A stretch of 64,000 bases of DNA, from the IMG/VR virus record IMGVR_UViG_3300035497_000313, positions 1 to 64,000 of that record, one strand, 5' to 3'. Positions 39,732-48,241 of the stretch are shown piece by piece; the first letter of the stretch is position 1, and each line of letters begins with the position of its first letter. The notes under the pieces are model-generated. The model worked only from the letters and a program-made list of their open reading frames with translations. It was not told the DNA's origin and did no database searches. Position numbers and translations under genes: made by a program. Source of the stretch: a virus (taxonomy: Duplodnaviria > Caudoviricetes).

Positions 39732-40876
39732 CATTTTGTTATCGTATAAATTGTTTACTTTATACTTCAATATGTTTCCATATTGTTCAGACTATATCTT
39801 CATCCTATATTATTAAATATAGGAGTTCGGCACTCGTGTCGGGATTATTGGTTATCGTCCTCACCCATTAGTCGTTGAACCTTCAGTACTACTGTTGTCG
39901 ATATTCGTACTGCTTGGCTGATGATTGGCATATTTACAAACATATTTATTTTTTAATAGTTTATTGTTTTTTAATGAAGTTATTATTGCTGAATAAGATA
40001 CATCTAATTCAATACAAGCTTTTTTTATAGATTCGTAATATTTTCCATCTATTGTTATTGGTATACACCAGGTCATTCCTTTATAAACCTTCTTAGCAGG
40101 TTCTTGTCCTTTATAATGACAAATTATTCCAGTATTTGTACAACCCTTTGATAACCAAAAACAAATTAATTCGGAAGAAACTGTAAAAGCACGAGCTGCG
40201 GATTTTACGCTTTCGTACTCAATATCCCCAATTATTACTGATTTACGATGTTTTACACCAACTCTATTTGCAACATCCTTATTCTTCATTGGGTTATTAA
40301 TACTCATCCTATTACGTTGCGTTTCGGATTTCATACAATTATTCTTTGAATACCACTCACGTTTTTCCTTAGTCCAAGTTTTAGTTTCACCCCCAAAACC
40401 ACCATTATAAATATTACAACTACATTGTCCAATTTCTTTTAATTCATTTATTCTATCAAATTCAGCTTTAAAAGCATCTTCTTCCTTTTCATAATAACTT
40501 ATTATTCTACTCTTACAATTATTTTTAGAAAGTACTGTATTAAATAACTTATTATGTTTTTTACACATATATCTGTCTTTACAACCTTTTCCTACATAAA
40601 AAACTTCATTTGTTTCTACAATAAACCATTCATAGATATAAAACATTTAATTTCACCTTTATTTATTTTTTTTATTTTATTATACACTAAATAATTAAAA
40701 TTGTCAATGTGAAATTAAAAATGCTGTTTGTAAACTTAGCTTTCCATCAATTCACCGAATTGCCATAGCATATTACTATGCTAAAGTGCCTACTGCTCTA
40801 TTTATGTTAAATAAACGTGTTATATTAAATAAACGAGTAACTAAATTCTTCACGGCTTTGAAGAATTTTTTAGTTA
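39732..40876 (-). ncRNA. Group I self-splicing intron (1145 nt)
   Basis: 5' exon ends in U and intron ends in G. IGS GGCACU (40785-90) pairs with exon AGUGCU with a U-G wobble; P10 GCAGU (40792-96) pairs with exon GCUGC. P 40741-55, Q 39913-26, R GUUCAACGACUA 39869-80, S AAGAUAUAGUCU 39789-800. Confidence 0.93.
39861..40646 (-). CDS. Intron-encoded GIY-YIG-like homing endonuclease with NUMOD-type DNA-binding repeats
   Basis: FYIYEW...FYVGKG..DR; repeated I.IDG..YESIK.A modules; own TTGACA-N17-TATAAT promoter at 40679-40707. Confidence 0.85.
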   Translation of the reverse strand: MFYIYEWFIVETNEVFYVGKGCKDRYMCKKHNKLFNTVLSKNNCKSRIISYYEKEEDAFKAEFDRINELKEIGQCSCNIYNGGFGGETKTWTKEKREWYSKNNCMKSETQRNRMSINNPMKNKDVANRVGVKHRKSVIIGDIEYESVKSAARAFTVSSELICFWLSKGCTNTGIICHYKGQEPAKKVYKGMTWCIPITIDGKYYESIKKACIELDVSYSAIITSLKNNKLLKNKYVCKYANHQPSSTNIDNSSTEGSTTNG

Positions 40877-41294
40877 AGCACTGAGCCAACTGTGCTTGTG
40901 TATTCTGGAATCCGAGTTGTGTTGCATACTGACTTTCCAATATCTGTTTTTGTGTTGCACAAGCGGTATTAAATATACTCTCCTGTGTCTTACAAGCGGT
41001 ATTGAAAACATCTTGCTGTGACGTAGCGGAAGTTGTAAGAACATCACGTTCTACTTGTGAGAGGTCTGAGCTACGTACATTAGCGTTTTGTGCTGTAATT
41101 ATAGCAGATAAAGCACCAATATCAGCACTATTATTATCGTGACCACCATAATTTCCACCGCGATTACCGAAGTTTCCACCCCAGCCAAAAGCGAAGAAAA
41201 TTAAAAGCAAAACGATAACCCACATAAACATTCCACCACCGAAGTTGTCATCTCTGTTACGATTAGAAAATAAGATTGCTTCTGAGGCATCCAT
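40877..41294 (-). CDS. Exon 1 of the intron-split Gly/Cys-rich membrane-anchored protein
   Basis: MDASE...FGGGMFMWVIVLLLIFFAFGWGGNFG...TQAQLAQC; the track ORF reads through into the intron. Confidence 0.9.
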
Positions 41295-41367
41295 AAGATT
41301 TTATATCTCCTTTTAAATTATTTATATATTAACATAAAATCCCGTACGCTAATTTTATGCAACATAT

Positions 41368-41727
41368 TTAAAAACCTTTAAAACCATTTGAATTATTATT
41401 TGTATTTGTATTTTTATTTTTCATTCCAGTTCTTATTGCTTGTTCTGCTTGAATCCATATTTCATTAGGAACTTGATGTTTAAGACCAAATTTTCTTGCA
41501 ATATTATAATAATTTTTTATTTGTGATAATTTTTGTAAGTCTATTTTTTTACTTTTTGCTAAAGGAATTAAAACTTTTGCAGGGTCTTCACCATTTTTTA
41601 TCATTCGTCTTAAAACCTTGGCAATATCTGCCTTTTCTGGTGGTATTCTATCAAGAAGATAATTAACCATTTGTTCGGGAGAAGATAAACCATTTGCAAC
41701 TTTAACTATTTTATCAATCCAACTCAT
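41368..41727 (-). CDS. Hypothetical protein (cassette member)
   Basis: 119-aa ORF in operon. Confidence 0.6.
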   Translation of the reverse strand: MSWIDKIVKVANGLSSPEQMVNYLLDRIPPEKADIAKVLRRMIKNGEDPAKVLIPLAKSKKIDLQKLSQIKNYYNIARKFGLKHQVPNEIWIQAEQAIRTGMKNKNTNTNNNSNGFKGF

Positions 41728-42292
41728 CTATATCTTCCTCCACTTTTGTTGTTTTGCTTTTACTTTGCAACTTATTAACTTTTCTATCAAGTGATGCCAC
41801 TTTTTTATTTGTTTCGTCCAACTTCTCAAGAATAATATTTAATGTTTCGTCAGTTGAATTTACATTAGTATTTTGTGTTTCTTCATTATCAGTTTGTTTA
41901 TTTTCTGTATTCTTAACATCACTTTCAGTACCATTTGTACCGTTACCATTCATTGGACTAAACACAAACGATTGTATACTACATTGTCCGTTTGCAAACT
42001 TTTTACTGTAAAATACATAATGAACAAAATCAAAGAACAATGTAGGTGTGCCGTCAGTAGGAACAGGATAATTTTCAACTTCTTTGTAATCACTAATTTG
42101 AATAAATATACCACGTTGTCCCATTGACGGGTTTACATTAACTGTTGGTTGTGTATTTGCTTGCATTTGTGACTGCATTTGTTTATATGTATTATATAAT
42201 TGGTCTACACTATTATTTACATTATAATTAGGAATAGGTGCACCGTATGTTCCATACATATTCGGTCCATATAAGTTTTGTCCGTATGCCAT
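41714..42292 (-). CDS. Hypothetical protein, Y/N/P/Q-rich N-terminus (cassette member)
   Basis: EVENYPVPTDGTPTLFFD...FYSK; C-terminal coiled coil. Confidence 0.65.
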   Translation of the reverse strand: MAYGQNLYGPNMYGTYGAPIPNYNVNNSVDQLYNTYKQMQSQMQANTQPTVNVNPSMGQRGIFIQISDYKEVENYPVPTDGTPTLFFDFVHYVFYSKKFANGQCSIQSFVFSPMNGNGTNGTESDVKNTENKQTDNEETQNTNVNSTDETLNIILEKLDETNKKVASLDRKVNKLQSKSKTTKVEEDIDELD

Positions 42293-42316
42293 ATTAAATA
42301 ACCTCCGCTATATTAA

Positions 42317-42655
42317 TTAGTCTATATCAATAGTTTGTTTACTATCGGTTACATCATCTTCCATATCATCGCATAAGTCTGTATTAATAACATAATTATC
42401 TGAACTACTGTTTGAACTAAAGAAGTTTTTAAATCCACTAAAATTTTCTTTAACAAACGTTGTTACTTCTTTTATTCCGTTCATTATCTTTTTTGTTAAT
42501 GGTACAGTTTCGTATTTCTCTAATTCGTTTAAATATGTCATAACAAACATAGTTTCATTATCGGTTAAAGGAACACCACTTGCTTCCTTTCTCATTATGT
42601 CACACGCACTATCTGTTAAACTTTCTAAAAATTTTTCTCTAAAACTACTTGCCAT
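42317..42655 (-). CDS. Hypothetical protein, first gene of the cassette
   Basis: 112 aa, GAGG SD. Confidence 0.6.
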   Translation of the reverse strand: MASSFREKFLESLTDSACDIMRKEASGVPLTDNETMFVMTYLNELEKYETVPLTKKIMNGIKEVTTFVKENFSGFKNFFSSNSSSDNYVINTDLCDDMEDDVTDSKQTIDID

Positions 42656-42735
42656 ATTAACCTCTCGAAAATAAAAAATAGGTGTAAACGTTTTTCTGTT
42701 TACACCTATATTATATATGTTATTTTTAACTTGTA

Positions 42736-42795
42736 AATACTGGAAAAGTACTGAATTTAACTATTTTTAATTGTTAAAAGTACTTAATTAGTACT
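42736..42795. promoter_or_regulatory. Two A(A/G)TACT-N5-AGTACT boxes at and upstream of the -35 of the cassette promoter
   Basis: aatact-ggaaa-agtact 42736-52 and agtact-taatt-agtact 42779-95; TTTACA at 42732-37 with TATAAT 16 nt downstream. Confidence 0.6.
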
Positions 42796-42802
42796 GTTAT
42801 AA

Positions 42803-43414
42803 TTAACTATTGGATAATTTATCTTTATAAAATTGTTTCTTATTCTTGACACTTTGTACTTCCATACTAAATATATTTGCCAATTCACCTTGTGATAATT
42901 TATCTACAAATGCTTTAACACAAAAATCTATTTGACTATCATTAAAACCTAAAGATTTACATTTATCTACTAATTCTTGTTCTGTACAATTTTTAACGTT
43001 GAAAGAAGTTTGTTCTTTATAAAATTCTACTAAATCATTATATCTCGGTTCTATATAATCGTAATCTTCTAACTTAGCTTGTACCATACTTGCTTTATAA
43101 CTTATTAATGCCATAGCTAAACCTAACATACAAGAAAATAAAATACTTACATATGTATTCATACTAACGGTTATTGCTAAGGCAAATATTACAATAGATA
43201 GTACTAAACATTGTTTTAAAGAAGTAGAATGAAATTGTCCATTATAAAATTCTCTTGTTATAAAATATGGAACAAGTATACAAGCAAGTTGTATTTCTTT
43301 ATGAATTAATATACTGTATAATATTAATGTTAATAAAACACAAAAGAATCCCATTAGTCTATATGCAAACAGGATTCTTTTATATTGTTTTTGTGTTACT
43401 TTTATTTTTCTCAT
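42803..43414 (-). CDS. AgrB-like peptidase domain fused to a C-terminal sigma70-r4/LuxR-like HTH
   Basis: TM region with R...G.FH-x6-C (ITREFYNGQFHSTSLKQC), same His-Cys spacing as AgrB; C-terminal FVDKLSQGELANIFSMEVQSVKNKK HTH. Confidence 0.7.
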   Translation of the reverse strand: MRKIKVTQKQYKRILFAYRLMGFFCVLLTLILYSILIHKEIQLACILVPYFITREFYNGQFHSTSLKQCLVLSIVIFALAITVSMNTYVSILFSCMLGLAMALISYKASMVQAKLEDYDYIEPRYNDLVEFYKEQTSFNVKNCTEQELVDKCKSLGFNDSQIDFCVKAFVDKLSQGELANIFSMEVQSVKNKKQFYKDKLSNS

Positions 43415-43441
43415 TGTTTTCCTTACTTATCTATCTATTTA

Positions 43442-43591
43442 TTACTCGTCTACAATTTCAAATTTCTTTTGTAAATCGTTGTTAGCACTCTTTTCATTAC
43501 CTAAAAACCATATAGGGCAGCTAGGTGTCCAAGTATCGTTTTTTACTTCTTTAGGTCTTTTTGTAATATCAATCTTTTTTGATTTTTCCAT
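43442..43591 (-). CDS. 49-aa AgrD-like peptide precursor (not in track)
   Basis: MEKSKKIDITKRPKEVKNDTWTPS-CPIWF-LGNEKSANNDLQKKFEIVDE; GGAGG SD at 43601-05; immediately upstream of the AgrB-like gene. Confidence 0.6.
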   Translation of the reverse strand: MEKSKKIDITKRPKEVKNDTWTPSCPIWFLGNEKSANNDLQKKFEIVDE

Positions 43592-44190
43592 AATTTTATG
43601 CCTCCAAAGTAATTTATGAATAAATATATTGAAACTATAAATAACTTATAGTCAATTGTACTAAGCATACTTACAATAAAATTAAAATTACTAGATTCCA
43701 ATCCGCCTATACGACCGACCATAAATAATATACTATATAATAGTTGTAAACCATACAGTATAAAACTATCAATTAGACTAAACCAATTTCTTACAAATAA
43801 CAACGGAATTATAAAATAACAAACAATATTAAATATTTGTACTACTGTATTTCCGTCTATACAATTATTAAATACTAATTCAACTAAACAATTAATTCCA
43901 GTACAAATTAAAGTTTGTATGATAGAAATTATTATACAGATAAACCAATTTGTTCTACATAATAATTTATATATAAATGTTAGTTCAAAAACCATTAACA
44001 AACCCATTATAATTTCTTGCCAAACTCTATTTGGTTCTTTTATTAATGACGGGTCTGCTGTAAACCAAAGTATTCCACATAATCTTGCTATAACACATAA
44101 TACCATTACTATTACGCAAGTTGCTAATAAACACGCTGAAAATACTTGTTCTGCAGTTTTAGTTCTAAAATAAGCTTTAATTCTGTTCAT
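43543..44190 (-). CDS. Polytopic membrane protein (~6 TM), candidate peptide receptor
   Basis: Almost wholly hydrophobic; no kinase domain; overlaps the peptide ORF. Confidence 0.6.
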   Translation of the reverse strand: MNRIKAYFRTKTAEQVFSACLLATCVIVMVLCVIARLCGILWFTADPSLIKEPNRVWQEIIMGLLMVFELTFIYKLLCRTNWFICIIISIIQTLICTGINCLVELVFNNCIDGNTVVQIFNIVCYFIIPLLFVRNWFSLIDSFILYGLQLLYSILFMVGRIGGLESSNFNFIVSMLSTIDYKLFIVSIYLFINYFGGIKLWKNQKRLILQKDLKK

Positions 44191-44222
44191 TGTTGTTAAC
44201 TATTCTCTTTTTTACAGTTCTT

Positions 44223-44282
44223 ATTATAGCAGATGATTTTATAAAAATCAACAAAAATAAGTACTGAAAAAGTACTTATTTT
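44223..44282 (-). promoter_or_regulatory. Promoter of the agr-like operon with upstream perfect palindrome AAAATAAGTACT-N5-AGTACTTATTTT
   Basis: TTGATT(44246-51)-N17-TATAAT with extended TG; palindrome 44254-44282. Confidence 0.65.
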
Positions 44283-44493
44283 ACAATATTTTTTATATAA
44301 ATTGCGTAAAACTAACAATTTATATAAATTATTTTAACATCTTACTAAAATCATCACTGTAAAATATCTTCCCCTTTATTTTATTTTTTTATACTTATAT
44401 TATATAATGTATTTTATTTATTGTCAAGTTTTTATTTACAATAAATGTTATTTGTAACTGATTTTTTATTTTTCTCCTAATAAACCTTATAGG

Positions 44494-45001
44494 TTACTCT
44501 TCCATTCGTACCCAAATGTTGACTGCGATGTACGGGGGTAGGTTGTTATGACTACCGTCGTTACCCGTACTACCGACAGGTGAAGGATACGGTTGCACAA
44601 TACTTTTCGTAATTTCTTGGTCATAACTAACAGTCGATGTTGTTATTGCATACCAATATTGACTACCCGTTGACAGATAGGCGTAAAAATTGTGGTAATG
44701 GCTTGGCATTTCATCAACCGTCAACTTATGAGTTGCTTCACCGCCCGTTGCTTTAACATTATATCCCGTGCCGGCACCGATAAGCATACGCCCAGTCTGC
44801 TTTTCCCAAGTTCCCGAACAACCTAAGTCCGCTGGGGTTTCGCTACCAAGCGTTATATAAACGCCTGTCTTTTCGGCGTTGGCGTAAACAATTGAATTTA
44901 ACAAATTGTCGTTTTTAACGCCCCCCCCCTAAAAGCTCATTCGATAAATTAACCAAATTACCATTGACGTCAAAACATTGTAAACCTGTTGCACTAATCA
45001 T
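44494..45001 (-). pseudogene. Tail-tip/baseplate (gp53/collar-like) gene frameshifted at a G9 tract
   Basis: ATG 45001 MISATGLQCFDVNGNLVNLSNELLGGG then stop at 44917-15; one G fewer fuses it to the track ORF 44494..44904 (GTWE...GRMLIGAG...TGGEATHKLTVDEMPSHYH...HNNLPPYIAVNIWVR). Confidence 0.75.
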
Positions 45002-45006
45002 AGTTT

Positions 45007-45540
45007 TTACTCCCCGTAAACTTCTTTGTGTGCCTTAACTTTGCACTCTTCGACATAAGCGTTGTATTCGTCAAACTCAAGCTCTGCCGTTCCTGCCAAC
45101 TTTTCACGCAAGATTTTATTCTCGTCATCGGCTGAATACTTTTCTCTTATATATTTAACCGTTAAGCTGTCATACTTTTTCTTTTTATTGCTTTCCAGCT
45201 CGTCCTCGGTATAAGGCACGTAAACCTGTATATCTTCATACTCGTCATACGCTTCAACTGCGGGTGTGTCGGGAATGGCTTTTATTGTTTCAACTGTTCG
45301 TCCCAGCTTGCCATTAAGAGCGGTGTACTCTTCTAGTATCTTGCAATACTCACCGCCGAAAATGCCTACTTTCTCGCCGTTTTCCAAGGCTTCGTTATAA
45401 ATCTCTTCGGCGGTTTTGCCTTTAACCTCGGCAACTGCTTCGTGATGTTCTTTTAAGATTTTATCGGCTTTGAGATAGCCTTTGTCAATGTCGATATTGT
45501 CATTTAATATTTCGGTTTTAGTTTCGTTATAGATTGTCAT
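45007..45540 (-). CDS. Tail-fibre associated/chaperone-like protein
   Basis: AYDEYEDIQVYVPYTEDEL...YIREKYSADDE...FDEYNAYVEECK; tail locus. Confidence 0.55.
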   Translation of the reverse strand: MTIYNETKTEILNDNIDIDKGYLKADKILKEHHEAVAEVKGKTAEEIYNEALENGEKVGIFGGEYCKILEEYTALNGKLGRTVETIKAIPDTPAVEAYDEYEDIQVYVPYTEDELESNKKKKYDSLTVKYIREKYSADDENKILREKLAGTAELEFDEYNAYVEECKVKAHKEVYGE

Positions 45541-45557
45541 TGTTGTTTACTCCTTTA

Positions 45558-46187
45558 TTAAACTCGTTTCCAAGCATATACTGTATTACTTCCAACAGTA
45601 AATGAACCCAAGCTAGTCCACGTTCCACCTATTGTTTCAGCAGGTGAAGTTGAAGATGAAGTCAAGAAAGTATCAGTTAAATTTTCGTTAATTACTTCTT
45701 TAATTTTAAATACGGTGTTTGTTTGATTTAAGATTACTGTTTCGGTAGTTGAAGATGAAAGCTTGTATTGGACAAGCAAATCATCAGGTAAAGTTTCAGT
45801 AAGAATAATAATGTAACCTACATTATTTGCACAAATCGAATTATCAATTGAAGTTGATAACCATTGGGAAGATGCAGAAACGCGAATATAGTTTTTATTA
45901 CATACATAAAGACTATCGTCAGCAACAATATCGTTCGAATTAAAAGAATGTAAACCTTTAGGGGAAATCCATTGTATAACACCGCAATTATTTACATCTT
46001 GAGAAAAGTCGTCTTTAGTTAAGTAACCAGTAGCCCTGGTAATAGTTCCAGTACCGTCACCGTTATCTTTAAATGTATCAAAAGCACCTAAATTATATAA
46101 ATTTTTATTAACATTACCCGCAATATCTTCCAAGCTTATAAGTTCGCCGTCCGAATTGTAACTTGTTACATTTGTTGAATTTTTCAT
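45558..46187 (-). CDS. Tail-associated protein
   Basis: C-terminal SPAETIGGTW...VYAWKRV. Confidence 0.6.
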   Translation of the reverse strand: MKNSTNVTSYNSDGELISLEDIAGNVNKNLYNLGAFDTFKDNGDGTGTITRATGYLTKDDFSQDVNNCGVIQWISPKGLHSFNSNDIVADDSLYVCNKNYIRVSASSQWLSTSIDNSICANNVGYIIILTETLPDDLLVQYKLSSSTTETVILNQTNTVFKIKEVINENLTDTFLTSSSTSPAETIGGTWTSLGSFTVGSNTVYAWKRV

Positions 46188-46204
46188 TATTTTATTTTAA
46201 CTCC

Positions 46205-48160
46205 TTAACTAAATGAAGAAATAATTACTGTAGCTGTACACTTAACATTAGAATAAATACGTCTAAAATTGCCACTATCACTTTTAACTTGTCTACTTAC
46301 AAAAGCTACAGTAGGCATATATGGGTCACTTAACGATGTAGTTAAACCCACATTACTTTCAACGTGTACACTAGAAACTCTAGCTCCACTAACAGAACAG
46401 TCTACGTAATATTTTCCAAGTTGGGTATCAGCAGAATCAGTTGATGTTGACCAACTACTCGATGTAAATGTATATTTTTCTATATAAGGTCCTAAATCAT
46501 CCCATTCCCAATTTCCATCGCTACTCAAACTTGTTGTATATGTTAATATAATTAATTTACCAGTAGTAGGGACATTCGATGTTGTTAAGTTGTCAGCATA
46601 ATTTCTTATTATAGTTTTGGCACCTATGCCATTTATACTAAGCGTTGTAGAACTAGTTCCAGCACTACTAACTGGTTTAAATACAATAGTTAAACCCTCA
46701 TAATATTCTGTTATACTAGCATCCGTGCCCATCCAGTTAATAGTCGTTGAGTCCCCTGTTGTTATGATAACAGAAGATGCTACATAATGGATAGTATTTT
46801 TATTAGCCCGTATATCCCTATCAATAGCTATAAGTTGATATTGAGTACCGTCATATATAAAAGTAGCAATATCGCCAGCATTTATAATTCCCGCTGTAAT
46901 CGCACTACCTCTATAATAAATACTTTTTGCGCTTTTGCTATTAATACTTAAAGTTGCACCAGCAGGAACACTATACGTAAATTTAACGGATACAACACCA
47001 CCAGTAGATAATACATAACTAGATAAAGCTACTGCCTTAGCAGTAGTTGTAGCTGCTGTTGAACAAGTACCATAGCCCTGACCTAATGAAGCATTTGTAT
47101 ATGTAGTATTACTATCATAGTAATAGTCTGCCCACACCCAATAACCTGTATTCGAAATTGTTGTATATGTCAATAGAACTACTGTATTTACAGGAAGCTG
47201 AGTTGTTAAATTACTAGTATTTCTTCTTACAGTTTTAGCACCCAAACTATTTATATTAAGTGTTGTACTGGATGAACCACCAGTAATGCCTATTTTAAAC
47301 GCTACAACTAAGCCATCATAATATTCTGTTATACTAGTATCTGTGCCAGTCCACGTTCCATTCGTACCAGTTGTATTGCCTTGTATATAATGAATTGTAT
47401 TTTTATCTGCTCTCTCACCTTGTGATGCTGTTGCATATGCTGTAGAATCAGTATATGCGGCACTACCCAAACCTTTAACTGTCACTTCTGTGCCATCTAC
47501 TTTAATAGTACCGTTTGTAGAACCAGTAGTAACAGACTTAACGGCACTATTTGCCGTAGATTGAGCTGTACTAACATCTGTCTTTAACTGTGTAATATCG
47601 TCTGCATTTTGCTTTCCTTTATTACCAGCATAAGCTGTAGAAGAGGTTTCACCGAGTGCCAGTGAAGGACTGATTTCTACATACGCTGTACCACTCCATC
47701 TGTATGTGAGATTGGTAGTAGTATCAACATAAATCTTACCTGTTTCACCAGTAGTAGGAAAATTTGACTTTGCTGTATACTCAAGAACATCATCAACGTA
47801 TGAAGGAAGTTGCGAACTAGGAACTAAACCACTTGAATCAAGTGTTGCGACACCATTGGCTACACCCATTTCACTACGTTTAACCTGTGCATCGTTAGTG
47901 ACATTACCTAAACCAACCTCACTTGCGGTATATGCGGGTTTCGTTGATGCCTTAGCCCAATCGTAAACATCGCTTGCTTTTGCCGAGCCTGCTGTTGTAG
48001 CATATTTGACAGACTTATTACTGTCTGCCGTGTTGTCAACATTATCTAGTCCCAAATCTTCTTTAGTGGGTTTATTACTGGAAGAATATACTTTATTATT
48101 ATTTGTATATATATCTCCATCTATATAGGCATCGCCATTTGTTCTAAAAGTTTTTGCCAT
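46205..48160 (-). CDS. Tail fibre protein
   Basis: LGLDNVDNTAD, ANGVATLD..G.VPSSQLPSYVDDVLE, duplicated GTD.SITEYY.GL module. Confidence 0.85.
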   Translation of the reverse strand: MAKTFRTNGDAYIDGDIYTNNNKVYSSSNKPTKEDLGLDNVDNTADSNKSVKYATTAGSAKASDVYDWAKASTKPAYTASEVGLGNVTNDAQVKRSEMGVANGVATLDSSGLVPSSQLPSYVDDVLEYTAKSNFPTTGETGKIYVDTTTNLTYRWSGTAYVEISPSLALGETSSTAYAGNKGKQNADDITQLKTDVSTAQSTANSAVKSVTTGSTNGTIKVDGTEVTVKGLGSAAYTDSTAYATASQGERADKNTIHYIQGNTTGTNGTWTGTDTSITEYYDGLVVAFKIGITGGSSSTTLNINSLGAKTVRRNTSNLTTQLPVNTVVLLTYTTISNTGYWVWADYYYDSNTTYTNASLGQGYGTCSTAATTTAKAVALSSYVLSTGGVVSVKFTYSVPAGATLSINSKSAKSIYYRGSAITAGIINAGDIATFIYDGTQYQLIAIDRDIRANKNTIHYVASSVIITTGDSTTINWMGTDASITEYYEGLTIVFKPVSSAGTSSTTLSINGIGAKTIIRNYADNLTTSNVPTTGKLIILTYTTSLSSDGNWEWDDLGPYIEKYTFTSSSWSTSTDSADTQLGKYYVDCSVSGARVSSVHVESNVGLTTSLSDPYMPTVAFVSRQVKSDSGNFRRIYSNVKCTATVIISSFS

Positions 48161-48241
48161 TTTTATTTTTTTCCTATAATTATTTTTTATTATATTATTA
48201 TTGTATTATGTTTATTGTTTTATGTCAAGTTTTTTATTTTT

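Noticed and set aside
40776-40876. C-terminal 33 aa of track ORF 40776..41294 and GTG start of 39451..39723
   Set aside because: Artefacts of reading into and out of the group I intron.
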